Part shown: positions 40,431 to 49,982 of the stretch, in pieces
How positions within the stretch are numbered: position 1 is the first letter of the stretch
Layout of the letters: the number at the start of each line of letters is the position of its first letter
Notes under the pieces: model-generated
What the model was told of the DNA's origin: nothing
What the model saw: only the letters and a program-made list of their open reading frames with translations
Databases searched by the model: none
Source of the DNA: Verrucomicrobiia bacterium
GTDB taxonomy: Bacteria > Verrucomicrobiota > Verrucomicrobiia > Limisphaerales > UBA11358
Assembly: GCA_035545995.1 (NCBI GenBank)
Contig: DASZXH010000081.1
Coordinates: 582 to 64,581 of the forward strand
Length of the DNA stretch: 64,000 bases
Direction: 5' to 3'
Program-made: the position numbers and the translations under genes

Positions 40431-41224
40431 ACACCCGCAAAATCCCTGAACCAAAATTCAGGCTCACAGGAAAATTCGCGCAATTTGTCACGCCATTGAA
40501 TTTTGATGGCTTGGGCATGAAGCGCATGGTTTTCTAAAATCAAGCCGGCGCGTTGTTCGGCGGTCAGACGGTTTTCGACCAACGCCAGATAGCAATCCTC
40601 GTCGCCACCATAAAGTTTATCTCCGACAATCGGGTGGCCAATGTGCGCGAGGTGGATGCGGATTTGATGTTTGCGTCCAGTTCGCGGAAAAATGCGAAGC
40701 AGGGAAAATTTCTCCTCACCCGACCTATCGGCCACCCTCTTCTCGCTGAGCGGGGTGAGGGGCGCAACAAATTTTTTTTCGACAAAAAATTTAGTTTGCG
40801 CCGGTGTGCCATCGGCACAAACGCAATCTTTCACGGCCACTTTGCTTCGCTCGTCTTTACCCAACGGCGCATCAATCATCCCCTGCTCCGCCGCAACATG
40901 ACCGTGAACGATGGCAAGGTATTCTTTTTCAACGGCGCGGTTTTCGAGGATTTTTCCCAGTTCGCCGGCGATCTCAGAATTTTTGGCAATCAAAACAACT
41001 CCACTGGTCTCGCGATCAAGACGATTAACAAGGCGCGGAAAAACCACCTCACCCTGGCCCTCTCCCCCGCCAGCGGCGGAGAGGGAAAATTGCAAATACA
41101 GTCGCGCGCGACCAATCAAGCTGGACATCTCGCCGTTTTTGGTGGGATGGCAGACCAATCCGGCGGGTTTGTTGGCGACGAGCAATTCATCGTCTTCGTA
41201 AATGATGTCGAACAGTTTTTCCAC
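40427..41224 (-). CDS. RluA-family pseudouridine synthase with two in-frame palindromic inserts
   Basis: NKPAGLVCHP, NRLDRETSG, TGRKHQIRIHL, GHPIVGDKLY, ALHA. Confidence 0.93.
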   Translation of the reverse strand: MEKLFDIIYEDDELLVANKPAGLVCHPTKNGEMSSLIGRARLYLQFSLSAAGGGEGQGEVVFPRLVNRLDRETSGVVLIAKNSEIAGELGKILENRAVEKEYLAIVHGHVAAEQGMIDAPLGKDERSKVAVKDCVCADGTPAQTKFFVEKKFVAPLTPLSEKRVADRSGEEKFSLLRIFPRTGRKHQIRIHLAHIGHPIVGDKLYGGDEDCYLALVENRLTAEQRAGLILENHALHAQAIKIQWRDKLREFSCEPEFWFRDFAGV

Positions 41225-41263
41225 AGCTTGTTTTTATCCAACGCGAGCGTATTATGAGCGCGA

Positions 41264-41908
41264 ATGAAAGAAAAATGGAATCGCTGGCTGCCGTTGATTT
41301 TTGTGGCGCTGTTTGCCGTATCGCGAATTCCGGGATTGTGGCCGTTGAATTTCAGCGCCGTGTATGCGTTCGCATTTTGTGCCGGCGTTTTTTTTCCAAA
41401 ACGACAGGCATGGTATTTGCCGCTGGCCACCATCATCATCACCGACATTGGGCTGAATTTTTATTATCAATGGAAAGGCTACACGGTTTGGGATGCGCCG
41501 GATTTGGCAAATCTGATCTTTAATTATGTCGCTTACGCCGCGTTGATTTTTCTCGGTCGCTGCTTCAAACCGCAATCCTCTTTTCCGGCTTTGCTTGGCG
41601 GTGGATTGCTCGGCGCCATTCTCTTTTACCTCATCACGAACACGGCGTCGTGGTTCTTTAACCCATTTCATAATGCTGAATATACGAAAACTTTTTCCGG
41701 CTGGCTGCTGGCGCTGACGAAAGGCATCAACGGGTGGCCGACCACTTTGGAATTTTTCCGCAATACGCTGTTGAGCAGCGGGTTGTTCACGGCGTTGTTC
41801 GCCGGCGCGGCCAAATGCGGTCTTTCTGAATCGCCGGCAGAAAAAAATGCCGGCGTGCGCGAGCCGGAAAGCGAAGTGGAAGAAAAGCCTGAAGAAGCGA
41901 GCGCATGA
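41264..41908 (+). CDS. DUF6580-like membrane protein (putative transporter substrate-binding component)
   Basis: SRIP...NFSAVYAFAF, ILFYLITN, FFRNTL; 5-6 TMs. Confidence 0.7.
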   Translation: MKEKWNRWLPLIFVALFAVSRIPGLWPLNFSAVYAFAFCAGVFFPKRQAWYLPLATIIITDIGLNFYYQWKGYTVWDAPDLANLIFNYVAYAALIFLGRCFKPQSSFPALLGGGLLGAILFYLITNTASWFFNPFHNAEYTKTFSGWLLALTKGINGWPTTLEFFRNTLLSSGLFTALFAGAAKCGLSESPAEKNAGVREPESEVEEKPEEASA

Positions 41909-42366
41909 AAATCGGCGTTATCTCCGACACGCACGGCTTTCTCGATCATAAAATCTTCAAACTGTTTGAAGGTGTCGGACACATTTTGCACGCGGGCGAC
42001 ATCGGCTATGCCTCCATCATTTTGGAACTCGAAGCCATCGCGCCGGTCACGGCTGTGCGCGGCAACACCGATATGGATTTGCCCTTTCGGGAAACGGAAA
42101 CGATTGAATTGGCCGCAAAAAAATTTCTCGTTCATCACATCGTCAATCCCCGCGCGCCGGACGACAAAATCAAAAACCACATGGCGCGCGAGCGGCCAAA
42201 CGCAATTATTTTCGGCCACACGCACAAATGTTTTTGCGAAACCATCGGTGGAATTTTATTTTTCAATCCCGGTTACGCAGGCAAACCGAAAGCCGGCGTC
42301 GAACGCAGCGCGGCGATTTTGCATGGCGATGAAAAAGAATTACACGCGGAATTTTTGAAATTGTGA
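41905..42366 (+). CDS. YfcE-family metallophosphoesterase
   Basis: ISDTHG, HAGD, VRGNTD, FGHTH, NPG. Confidence 0.92.
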   Translation: MKIGVISDTHGFLDHKIFKLFEGVGHILHAGDIGYASIILELEAIAPVTAVRGNTDMDLPFRETETIELAAKKFLVHHIVNPRAPDDKIKNHMARERPNAIIFGHTHKCFCETIGGILFFNPGYAGKPKAGVERSAAILHGDEKELHAEFLKL

Positions 42367-42417
42367 CGGCGATTGAATTTACTTTTGTTGCGCCTGCGGA
42401 TTTGCTAAAAAATCGCC

Positions 42418-43347
42418 GTGAATAAAATCTTTTGCGCCATTTGTGGCTTGTGGTTTTGCAGTCTGCTGGTCGCTGCGGGAGCGGATTCCTATTCGCTGAC
42501 CGACGGCTCGTCCTTGACCGGCGATACCGTGACGTTCAACGACAACGGCATCACCCTCCGCCTGACGAATGACTCCTATACCAACGTCATGTGGACGAAA
42601 TTTTCGCAGGATGCATTGCGGCAGCTCTCCCAAAACCCGAAAATCAAGCCGCTCGTGGAGCCATTCGTGGAAATCCCTGAATCCGAACGCCCGAAAAAGC
42701 CGGAAATCAAAGTTCACGACGTGACGCGATTGGAATTGCCAGCCAAACAATCGTTGATTGGCGCATTGTTCTCATCGTCGGTCGGACTGTTCGCGTTGTT
42801 TCTGATTTACGCGGCGAACATTTATTCGGGTTACGAAATCGCCATCGCCCGTGCGCGGCCAAAAGCGTTGGTGATGGGCGCAGCAGTGATTCTGCCGATT
42901 CTGGGGCCGATTATTTTTCTCTCCATGCCGGTTTATGTGAAACCAACTCCGGTGGAAGAACAAGTGCCCGCCGAAGAACAAACTTTTGCCATGCCCGGAC
43001 AACCTGCGCCACAAGCGGAAGCCGCCGCCGCCATTTCTCTTTCCGAAACAGCGCGACGAAAAGCGTCACTGCCCGAATCGCAGATTTTCCAGCGCGGCCA
43101 ATTCACCTTCAACCGCCGGTTTTTCGAGACGAAATTTTCCAATTATTTCGGCACGACGCGGCGCGAAGCCGACCGCGACATGGTGCTCACGGTGAAAACG
43201 ACGCGTGGACAATTCGTCGTCCAACGCATCTCGCGCATCGCCGCCAACGACGTGCATCTCGAAACCATTCAAGGCGCGGCGCGGCAGGAAATCATGGTGC
43301 CGTTCGCCGACATTCAGGAAATCCAACTCAAGCATAAAGACGCGTGA
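42418..43347 (+). CDS. Hypothetical membrane protein
   Basis: Signal peptide plus 2 TMs; stop overlaps the next start. Confidence 0.75.
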   Translation: MNKIFCAICGLWFCSLLVAAGADSYSLTDGSSLTGDTVTFNDNGITLRLTNDSYTNVMWTKFSQDALRQLSQNPKIKPLVEPFVEIPESERPKKPEIKVHDVTRLELPAKQSLIGALFSSSVGLFALFLIYAANIYSGYEIAIARARPKALVMGAAVILPILGPIIFLSMPVYVKPTPVEEQVPAEEQTFAMPGQPAPQAEAAAAISLSETARRKASLPESQIFQRGQFTFNRRFFETKFSNYFGTTRREADRDMVLTVKTTRGQFVVQRISRIAANDVHLETIQGAARQEIMVPFADIQEIQLKHKDA

Positions 43348-43925
43348 AATATAAAACGATTTTGATGTTCGGCGCGCCCGGTTCGGGCAAGGGCACGCAC
43401 GGAAAAATTCTCGGTGCCATTCCCGGATTTTTCCATTGCAGTTGCGGCGACGTTTTTCGCAGCTTGAGTCCTGATTCGCCGCTCGGAAAAACGTTCGTCG
43501 AATACTCCAGCCGCGGCTCGCTCGTGCCCGACGAACCGACCATCGAACTCTGGAAAAATTACATGCACGGCCTCACCGCCGCCGGGCGGCTCGACCCGAA
43601 ACGCAACGTCCTCGTGCTCGATGGCATCCCGCGCAACGTGCGCCAGGCGCAAATGCTCAAAGAACTTCTCAACGTCACCGCGGTGTTTTACATGTGCAGC
43701 GCGAATTTTGAAAATCTCGTCAAACGCCTGCAACGACGCGCGCTCAAGGACAATCGCCTCGACGACGCCAATCTGGATGTGATTCGCGCGCGCCTGAAAA
43801 CTTACGAGAAAGAAACCAAACCCGTGCTGAATTTCTACGGCAAGAAAATCGTCCACAAAATCAACACCGACGGCACGCCGCCGGAAACCTTCTTCAAAGT
43901 TTTGCGTCAGGTCGTCAAACTCTGA
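43344..43925 (+). CDS. adk: Adenylate kinase family (short LID)
   Basis: GAPGSGKGT, SCGDVFR, LVPD, LDGIPRN, NRLDD. Confidence 0.85.
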   Translation: MKYKTILMFGAPGSGKGTHGKILGAIPGFFHCSCGDVFRSLSPDSPLGKTFVEYSSRGSLVPDEPTIELWKNYMHGLTAAGRLDPKRNVLVLDGIPRNVRQAQMLKELLNVTAVFYMCSANFENLVKRLQRRALKDNRLDDANLDVIRARLKTYEKETKPVLNFYGKKIVHKINTDGTPPETFFKVLRQVVKL

Positions 43926-43994
43926 AAAGATTTTTTACGCGAAGATTGCAAAGTAGATTCGCAGCCTATCTCCGTATTAGGCTTTGCACAGCAA

Positions 43995-44351
43995 TTAGGC
44001 CACAGCCGGCTGATCAATTACCCAACGCCATGAACCGTCTGGTTGCCGGCGAGCTACCTCTGCTGTGATTGTGCCATTGGGGAGGCGTGTCGAAGTAAGA
44101 GCGAGCTCACCACTCAACATCGCGGGGCGCTGTTCTCCAACATTGAACCGCACACCAGTCGCGAGAAATTTGGTGTAGAAGGTGCGAATTTGGTCTGCGC
44201 CCTTTGCGACGGTCATGTCGCTGGCTGCGAGCACGGCATCAGGCTCATAGAGCTCGACCATACCATCGACATCACCGACATTGGCCCTTGCGACAAGCAG
44301 TCTGGCCAACTCTTGCGGGTCATCAGCACGTTCTCGTCTCTTGGTATTCAT
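43995..44351 (-). CDS. SnoaL/NTF2-like (DUF4440/YybH) protein, cassette-like insertion
   Basis: GDVDGMVELYEPDAVL...EVARRQPDGSWRWVID; flanked by 25-bp palindromic sites. Confidence 0.88.
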   Translation of the reverse strand: MNTKRRERADDPQELARLLVARANVGDVDGMVELYEPDAVLAASDMTVAKGADQIRTFYTKFLATGVRFNVGEQRPAMLSGELALTSTRLPNGTITAEVARRQPDGSWRWVIDQPAVA

Positions 44352-44520
44352 AGTCTTCTCGTCAGCAGCCTAACCTTTAGATTAGCTGCGCGGTCTGCAG
44401 TCTAACACTTTTCATAAGATTAACTTTGCGCTTGGTAAAAAGTTTGTCCAGAAAAATTCATGTTGGAAATTTTCTGTGTTTCATCTGTGTTCCATCTGTG
44501 GCTAAAATCCTGAAACAGAA

Positions 44521-45441
44521 ATGAAAATCATTTTCATGGGCACGGCGGAATTGTCCTGCGCCAGTCTGGAAAGGCTGGTGGGGAAATTTTCCGTCGCCGC
44601 CGTTGTCACGCAGCCGGACAAACCCAAAGGCCGCGATTTGAAATTGCAATTTTCGCCGGTCAAAATCCTCGCGGAAAAATTTCAACTGCCCGTTTTGCAG
44701 CCAGCCAAAGCGCGCGATGAAAAATTCATTTCCGAACTGCGAGAACTGAAACCGGACTTGATTGTCGTCGTCGCCTACGGACAGATTTTGCCGCAAGCGA
44801 TTTTGGATTTACCGAAGTTTGGTTGCGTGAATGTCCACACGTCGCTGCTGCCAAAATATCGCGGCGCATCGCCAATTCAATCGGCCATTCTCAACGGTGA
44901 AACCGAAACCGGCGTGACGATTATGAAAATGAACGCAGGCTTGGACACCGGCGAAATCATTTCGCAAGCGCACGCGCCGATTTTGCCGGAAGACAATTCG
45001 CAAACGCTGCATGACCGGCTGGCGCAACTCGGCGCGGATTTGCTGGTCAAAACCATTCCCGATTATGTCGCCGGGAAAATTGTGCTGAAACCGCAAAATA
45101 ATTCAGAGGTGACAACAACAGCGAAAATCAAAAAGGAAGACGGCAAGATTGATTGGAACGAACCGGCGGAAAAAATTTTGAACCGACTGCGCGCGTTCAC
45201 GCCGTGGCCGGGGATTTTTACAATTTTGAACGGGCAATTATTGAAAATCTGGCGCGCAGAAATTTTGGGGAAATCCGGCAAGGCGGGAGAAATTTTGTCG
45301 GCGGATAAAAATGGAATTGTTGTCGCGTGCGGAAAAAATGCGCTGCGGGTTTTGGAATTGCAACGCGAAGGCGGACGGCGATTGAACGCGCAAGAATTTT
45401 TGGCCGGCCATCCGCTGAAATCGGGCGAAAAATTCGGTTGA
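44521..45441 (+). CDS. fmt: Methionyl-tRNA formyltransferase
   Basis: IIFMGT, VTQPDKPKGR, NVHTSLLPKYRGASPIQ, LDTG. Confidence 0.97.
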   Translation: MKIIFMGTAELSCASLERLVGKFSVAAVVTQPDKPKGRDLKLQFSPVKILAEKFQLPVLQPAKARDEKFISELRELKPDLIVVVAYGQILPQAILDLPKFGCVNVHTSLLPKYRGASPIQSAILNGETETGVTIMKMNAGLDTGEIISQAHAPILPEDNSQTLHDRLAQLGADLLVKTIPDYVAGKIVLKPQNNSEVTTTAKIKKEDGKIDWNEPAEKILNRLRAFTPWPGIFTILNGQLLKIWRAEILGKSGKAGEILSADKNGIVVACGKNALRVLELQREGGRRLNAQEFLAGHPLKSGEKFG

Positions 45442-45443
45442 GT

Positions 45444-46532
45444 TTATATCCAGCCGAATGCGCGTGAAATTTCGACGAGCGCGTAAGCGATTGCGCCGCT
45501 GGCGGGCAATGTCAAAATCCACGCCCACAGGATGCGTTCGACGACGACCAGTTGAAGCGCGTTGAAACTTTTCGCGCAGCCGACGCCCATGATGGACGTG
45601 GTGATGGCGTGCGTGGTGGAAACGGGCATCCCGAATTGCGCCGCCGTCACCAACACGGTCGCACTCGTGGCTTCCGCCGCAAATCCGTTGACGGGATGAA
45701 GTTTCACCATTTTGTGGCCGAGCGTCTTGATGATTCTCCAGCCGCCAGCAGCGGTTCCGGCGCACATGGTCAGCGCGCATAAAAAAATGATCCACACGGC
45801 GATATGAACCGGCTGACCGGCGGGCGACGCGGGTGATTTCAAAAAGGAAAGCCATTGGGGCAGCGAATCGAATTTGCCGGAAGCCGTGCCGCCGGCGAGC
45901 GCGAGCGCGATGATGCCCATCGTTTTTTGCGCGTCGTTTGTGCCGTGGGCGAAACCCAGATAACCGGCGCTGAACAATTGCAATTTGCTGAAAGCGCGAT
46001 TCACCGTGACAGGCTTCCAATGGCGCAGAGCAAAATAGAGCAAAGCCATGACGATGAAACCGGCCACGAAGCCGATGAACGGCGACGTGACCATCGGAAC
46101 AATCACTTTCCATAAAATGCCTCTGCCGTGCCACCAATGTTCCTTGTCGGGAACGGACCAGACGATGGACGACCAGCGGCCGCTTGCGGCGAGGCACGCG
46201 CCGCACAATCCGCCGACCAGCGCGTGCGACGAACTGGAAGGCAATCCCGACCACCATGTGATTAAATTCCACGCAATGGCGGCCAGCAACGCGCAACAGA
46301 GCACGGGCATGGTGGCCACTTGCGCGTCCACAAGACCGGACGCGATGGTGGTAGCGACCGCCGTTCCAAAAAATGCGCCGATGAGATTGGTGACGGCGGC
46401 GAGCAAAACGGCCTGTCGCGGTGTCAGCACTTTCGTGGCGATGACGGTGGCGATGGAATTGGCCGTGTCGTGAAAACCGTTGATGTAAGTGAACACCAGC
46501 GCCACAAAAATGACGATGAAAATGAGAATCAT
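45444..46532 (-). CDS. pit: PiT-family inorganic phosphate transporter
   Basis: NGFHDTANSIAT, PSSSSHALVGG, HGTNDAQKTMG, PVSTTH. Confidence 0.95.
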   Translation of the reverse strand: MILIFIVIFVALVFTYINGFHDTANSIATVIATKVLTPRQAVLLAAVTNLIGAFFGTAVATTIASGLVDAQVATMPVLCCALLAAIAWNLITWWSGLPSSSSHALVGGLCGACLAASGRWSSIVWSVPDKEHWWHGRGILWKVIVPMVTSPFIGFVAGFIVMALLYFALRHWKPVTVNRAFSKLQLFSAGYLGFAHGTNDAQKTMGIIALALAGGTASGKFDSLPQWLSFLKSPASPAGQPVHIAVWIIFLCALTMCAGTAAGGWRIIKTLGHKMVKLHPVNGFAAEATSATVLVTAAQFGMPVSTTHAITTSIMGVGCAKSFNALQLVVVERILWAWILTLPASGAIAYALVEISRAFGWI

Positions 46533-46924
46533 TGCGGAGTGCGAAGCGCGGAATGCGGAATGGATTTGTCGCCGCGCGTTTTTTTTGCGGTTCGGATTGA
46601 AGCAACAGAAATGGCGACCAGTTCGTTGCTTTCTTTAAGCAAGAGCGCCGCTTTGTCGTATTTTAACTTTCCCGCTTCAACTAAAAGTTCAATCCAGAAA
46701 CTCGATTCATCGGCTTCTTCTTCCACAATGCCCATCTTGAAAATAAAATCGGCGGGCGACTTGGCGCGGCAGGCGGCGCGATAATTCGCCCCGACCGAAG
46801 TGCCTGAACGCAATAATTGACGTCCCACAACATCGCAGGTTTTTCCGGGCGGCAAAGATTCAATCAATCTGATAATATCCAACGCAAACCGCTTGGTGCG
46901 TATCTTCAAATTTTCGTTGCTCAT
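46529..46924 (-). CDS. Four helix bundle protein (23S rRNA IVS protein-like family)
   Basis: LKIRTKRFAL...QLLRSGTSVGANYRAACRAKSPADFIFKMGIVEEEADESSFWIELL. Confidence 0.92.
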   Translation of the reverse strand: MSNENLKIRTKRFALDIIRLIESLPPGKTCDVVGRQLLRSGTSVGANYRAACRAKSPADFIFKMGIVEEEADESSFWIELLVEAGKLKYDKAALLLKESNELVAISVASIRTAKKTRGDKSIPHSALRTPQ

Positions 46925-46959
46925 GGTTTTTCCACACTCCGAATTCCGAACTCCGCATT

Positions 46960-47589
46960 TCAAGAGTTTTTGAGGACGATTTGCATGACGACGTTGCCGG
47001 CGTCGTGACAGCGATCCACCAGTTTTTCCATCAACTCGTAAATGTCGCGGATGACCATCGCGCGGAGCGGCTCGTATTTGCCGTTGTAAAGGTCACGCAG
47101 CAATTCAATCATGTATTTGTCCGCTTCGACTTCGACGAGTTGCAGCCGGTCATTGAATGTCTTAATTTTTTCCAAATCTTTCATGTCGCGAAGCTGCCGC
47201 ACCATGCCATAAATGGCGTCGGTGGCCTTGGTCATCATTTCAGCCTGTTTGGAAAAATCAATGCCATCTAAATGATGACCGGCCATCGTCAGGCGTTCGG
47301 CGAGTTTTTCGGCGGTTTTGGGGATGCGAAACAATCCGCGCGCCAGCGCCTCGATGTCCTCGCGTTCGAGGCCGGTGATGAAGGTGTTGACGAGTTCGGT
47401 GCTGATTTGCTCGGAAATTTTTTTCTCCCGGCGGCGGGCAAGAACGAGGTCGTCCAGCGTTTGCGTGTTGCGCGGCGACTTCATCAATTCAATCACCAGC
47501 CGCACGCTTTCGTGCGCCTCCTGCGCGGCGGCTTCGAGCAACTCCTGAAAACGGTCGCCCTTGCCGAAAAGTTGCTGGATGGAAAACAT
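46960..47589 (-). CDS. DUF47 phosphate transport regulator
   Basis: ELVNTFITGLEREDI, EVEADK, IYELMEKLVDRCHD; upstream of PiT. Confidence 0.9.
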   Translation of the reverse strand: MFSIQQLFGKGDRFQELLEAAAQEAHESVRLVIELMKSPRNTQTLDDLVLARRREKKISEQISTELVNTFITGLEREDIEALARGLFRIPKTAEKLAERLTMAGHHLDGIDFSKQAEMMTKATDAIYGMVRQLRDMKDLEKIKTFNDRLQLVEVEADKYMIELLRDLYNGKYEPLRAMVIRDIYELMEKLVDRCHDAGNVVMQIVLKNS

Positions 47590-47633
47590 GCGGGCGCAGT
47601 CTGGCAAAAAACATTTTGCCGCGCACGCAAAAA

Positions 47634-48290
47634 TCAATTCTTCGCCGCGTGCCGGATGTCCTGCGCTTCGCAAAGATAAACCACTTCTTCCGCGATGTTT
47701 TTGGCGTGGTCGGCGATGCGTTCCAGGCTTTTCGTGGCGACAATCCAATGCAGGCAGCGGCCAATTGTGTCGGGATTTTCCATCATGTGCTGCGCGAGCG
47801 CGGCATGAAGCTGCTTGTTCAATGCATCCACTTCCTTGTCGCGCGGAATGATGGCGCGCGCGGCGTCGGGGTCGCGTTGCACAAAGGAATCCAGCGATTC
47901 CTTGACCATCGCCAGCGCGAGCGTGGCCATGCGCGGCAAATCCAGAACGATTTTTACCGGCGGTTCCTGCGAAAGGTCGCGCGCGCGTTTGGCGATTTTC
48001 GTCGCCTCGTCGCCGATGCGTTCGAGATTTTGGGAAACTTTCATCGCCACGGTCACGAGCCGGAGATTGCTGGCGAGCGGCGCCTTGGTCAACAGTTGGA
48101 TGGCCATTTCGTCAATCTCAATTTCAAAACGGTCAATCACGTCGTCCTCGTTCTTGACGCGCACGGCAAGGTCGCGGTCGCGCTGCATGAGCGCCTGCAC
48201 GGATTGATTGACGGCGGCTTCCGCGCGTCCGGCCATGAGCAGCAGCTTTTGCCGCAGCCCGTCCAATTCCGTTTCAAAATGATTTTCCAT
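47634..48290 (-). CDS. phoU: Phosphate signalling protein PhoU
   Basis: LERIGDEATKIA, LERIADHAKNIAEEV. Confidence 0.96.
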   Translation of the reverse strand: MENHFETELDGLRQKLLLMAGRAEAAVNQSVQALMQRDRDLAVRVKNEDDVIDRFEIEIDEMAIQLLTKAPLASNLRLVTVAMKVSQNLERIGDEATKIAKRARDLSQEPPVKIVLDLPRMATLALAMVKESLDSFVQRDPDAARAIIPRDKEVDALNKQLHAALAQHMMENPDTIGRCLHWIVATKSLERIADHAKNIAEEVVYLCEAQDIRHAAKN

Positions 48291-48299
48291 AAATTAGCG

Positions 48300-49112
48300 T
48301 CAGCCGAACCGTCCGGTCACGTAATCCTCGGTTTGTTTTTTGGCCGGACTGGTGAAAACCTTGGTCGTGGTGTCGAATTCAATCAATTCGCCCAGATAAA
48401 AAAATGCGGTGAAATCAGATGAGCGCGCGGCCTGCTGCATATTGTGCGTCACGATGACAATCGTGTAATCCTTTTTCAATTCCAAAATCAAATCCTCGAT
48501 TTTTTGCGTCGCCAGCGGGTCGAGTGCGGACGCCGGTTCGTCCATCAACAACACTTCCGGCTGCACGGCCAGCGCGCGCGCGATGCAAAGCCGTTGCTGC
48601 TGGCCGCCGGACAAACTGATGGCCGGCGCGTGCAAACGGTCTTTGACTTCATCCCACAACGCCGCCATTTGCAGCGATTGCTCGATGCGTTCGGCGAGCA
48701 GTTTTCTGTCGCGCAAACCGTTCAAGCGCAACCCGACGGTCACATTTTCGGCGATGGACATGGTCGGAAACGGATTCGATTTCTGAAACACCATGCCGAC
48801 GCGGCGACGCACGACGACCGGCTCGACGTTTTTGGAATAAATGTCGTCGCCGAACAATCGGATTTCGCCTTCCATGCGCGCGTCGGGATTCAACTCGTGC
48901 ATCCGGTTGAGCGAACGAAGGAACGTGGATTTGCCGCAACCGCTCGGCCCGATGATGGCCGTCACCGCTCTGGACGCGATGTCAATGGAAACGTCCTTCA
49001 GCACTTTCTTGCCGCCGAAAAAAATGGAAAGATTGCGCACGGTCAAAGCCGGGGCGTTCGCCGCTTTTTGTTCCGGCGCGACCGATGAATTTGGATTAAC
49101 GACTTCGGGCAT
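48300..49112 (-). CDS. pstB: Phosphate ABC transporter ATPase
   Basis: [41 protein letters not shown]. Confidence 0.97.
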   Translation of the reverse strand: MPEVVNPNSSVAPEQKAANAPALTVRNLSIFFGGKKVLKDVSIDIASRAVTAIIGPSGCGKSTFLRSLNRMHELNPDARMEGEIRLFGDDIYSKNVEPVVVRRRVGMVFQKSNPFPTMSIAENVTVGLRLNGLRDRKLLAERIEQSLQMAALWDEVKDRLHAPAISLSGGQQQRLCIARALAVQPEVLLMDEPASALDPLATQKIEDLILELKKDYTIVIVTHNMQQAARSSDFTAFFYLGELIEFDTTTKVFTSPAKKQTEDYVTGRFG

Positions 49113-49121
49113 GACGTTCAA

Positions 49122-49973
49122 TTAAGTTTTTTGTTGAAAACGGTCGCGCGTCAAAACGCGCACGCTGACGTTGATGAACAGCACCAGCACGAGCAACACG
49201 AGCGCACCCGCCCACGCCTGCCGATGCCAGTCGTCGTAGGGCGAAATCGCGTAGGCGAAAATCTGCAACGGCAGCGCGGCGATGGGTTCGGTCAAGCCGT
49301 GCGCCCAAAAACGGTTGCCCAACGCGGTGAACAGCAACGGCGCGGTTTCGCCCGCGACGCGCGCGAGCGCGAGCAATACGCCGGTGACAATGCCTTTGGT
49401 CGCCGTGCGCAAAACGATTTGCACGATGGTTTTCCATTTGGCAATTCCCAACGCCAGCGCGGCTTCGCGATAACCATTCGGCACGAGTTGCAAAACTTCC
49501 TCCGTCGTGCGCATCACCAGCGGACTCATCATCAGGCCAAGAACCGCGCCGCCGGCGAGCGCGGAAAATGTGTGCATCGGCACAACGAGCAGCGCATAGA
49601 CGACGATGCCCCAAGTGATGGACGGCACGCCGTTCAAAATGTCGGCGGCGAAACGAATCCACCAATTCAATTTCGACGACCCGTATTCGGAAAGATAAAC
49701 GCCGCCGAGCACGCCGACCGGCACGCCAACCACCGCGGCTTGCGCGAGCAAAATGAACGTGCCGACAATGGCGTTGCCCATGCCGCCGCCGATTTCGCCG
49801 ACGGGTTTGGGCAATTGCGTGAAGAACGCCCAATTGATGGACGTGAAACCTTCCTTCACCAAATGATAAAACACGAGCAACAGCGGCGCGATGACCACAA
49901 TCGCGCACGCAAACGCCAGCGTTTGCATGAACGCGTTCTTGAATTTTCGCCAGTTGTGATTGGAGGCAACCAT
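49122..49973 (-). CDS. pstA: Phosphate ABC transporter permease
   Basis: LNGVPSI, EAALALG, ARVAGETAPLLFT. Confidence 0.96.
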   Translation of the reverse strand: MVASNHNWRKFKNAFMQTLAFACAIVVIAPLLLVFYHLVKEGFTSINWAFFTQLPKPVGEIGGGMGNAIVGTFILLAQAAVVGVPVGVLGGVYLSEYGSSKLNWWIRFAADILNGVPSITWGIVVYALLVVPMHTFSALAGGAVLGLMMSPLVMRTTEEVLQLVPNGYREAALALGIAKWKTIVQIVLRTATKGIVTGVLLALARVAGETAPLLFTALGNRFWAHGLTEPIAALPLQIFAYAISPYDDWHRQAWAGALVLLVLVLFINVSVRVLTRDRFQQKT

Positions 49974-49982
49974 TTTTTTATT

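Noticed and set aside
46529..46924. DGR accessory (Avd) gene implying a diversity-generating retroelement
   Set aside because: No reverse transcriptase or template/variable repeat pair with adenine-specific differences in the window
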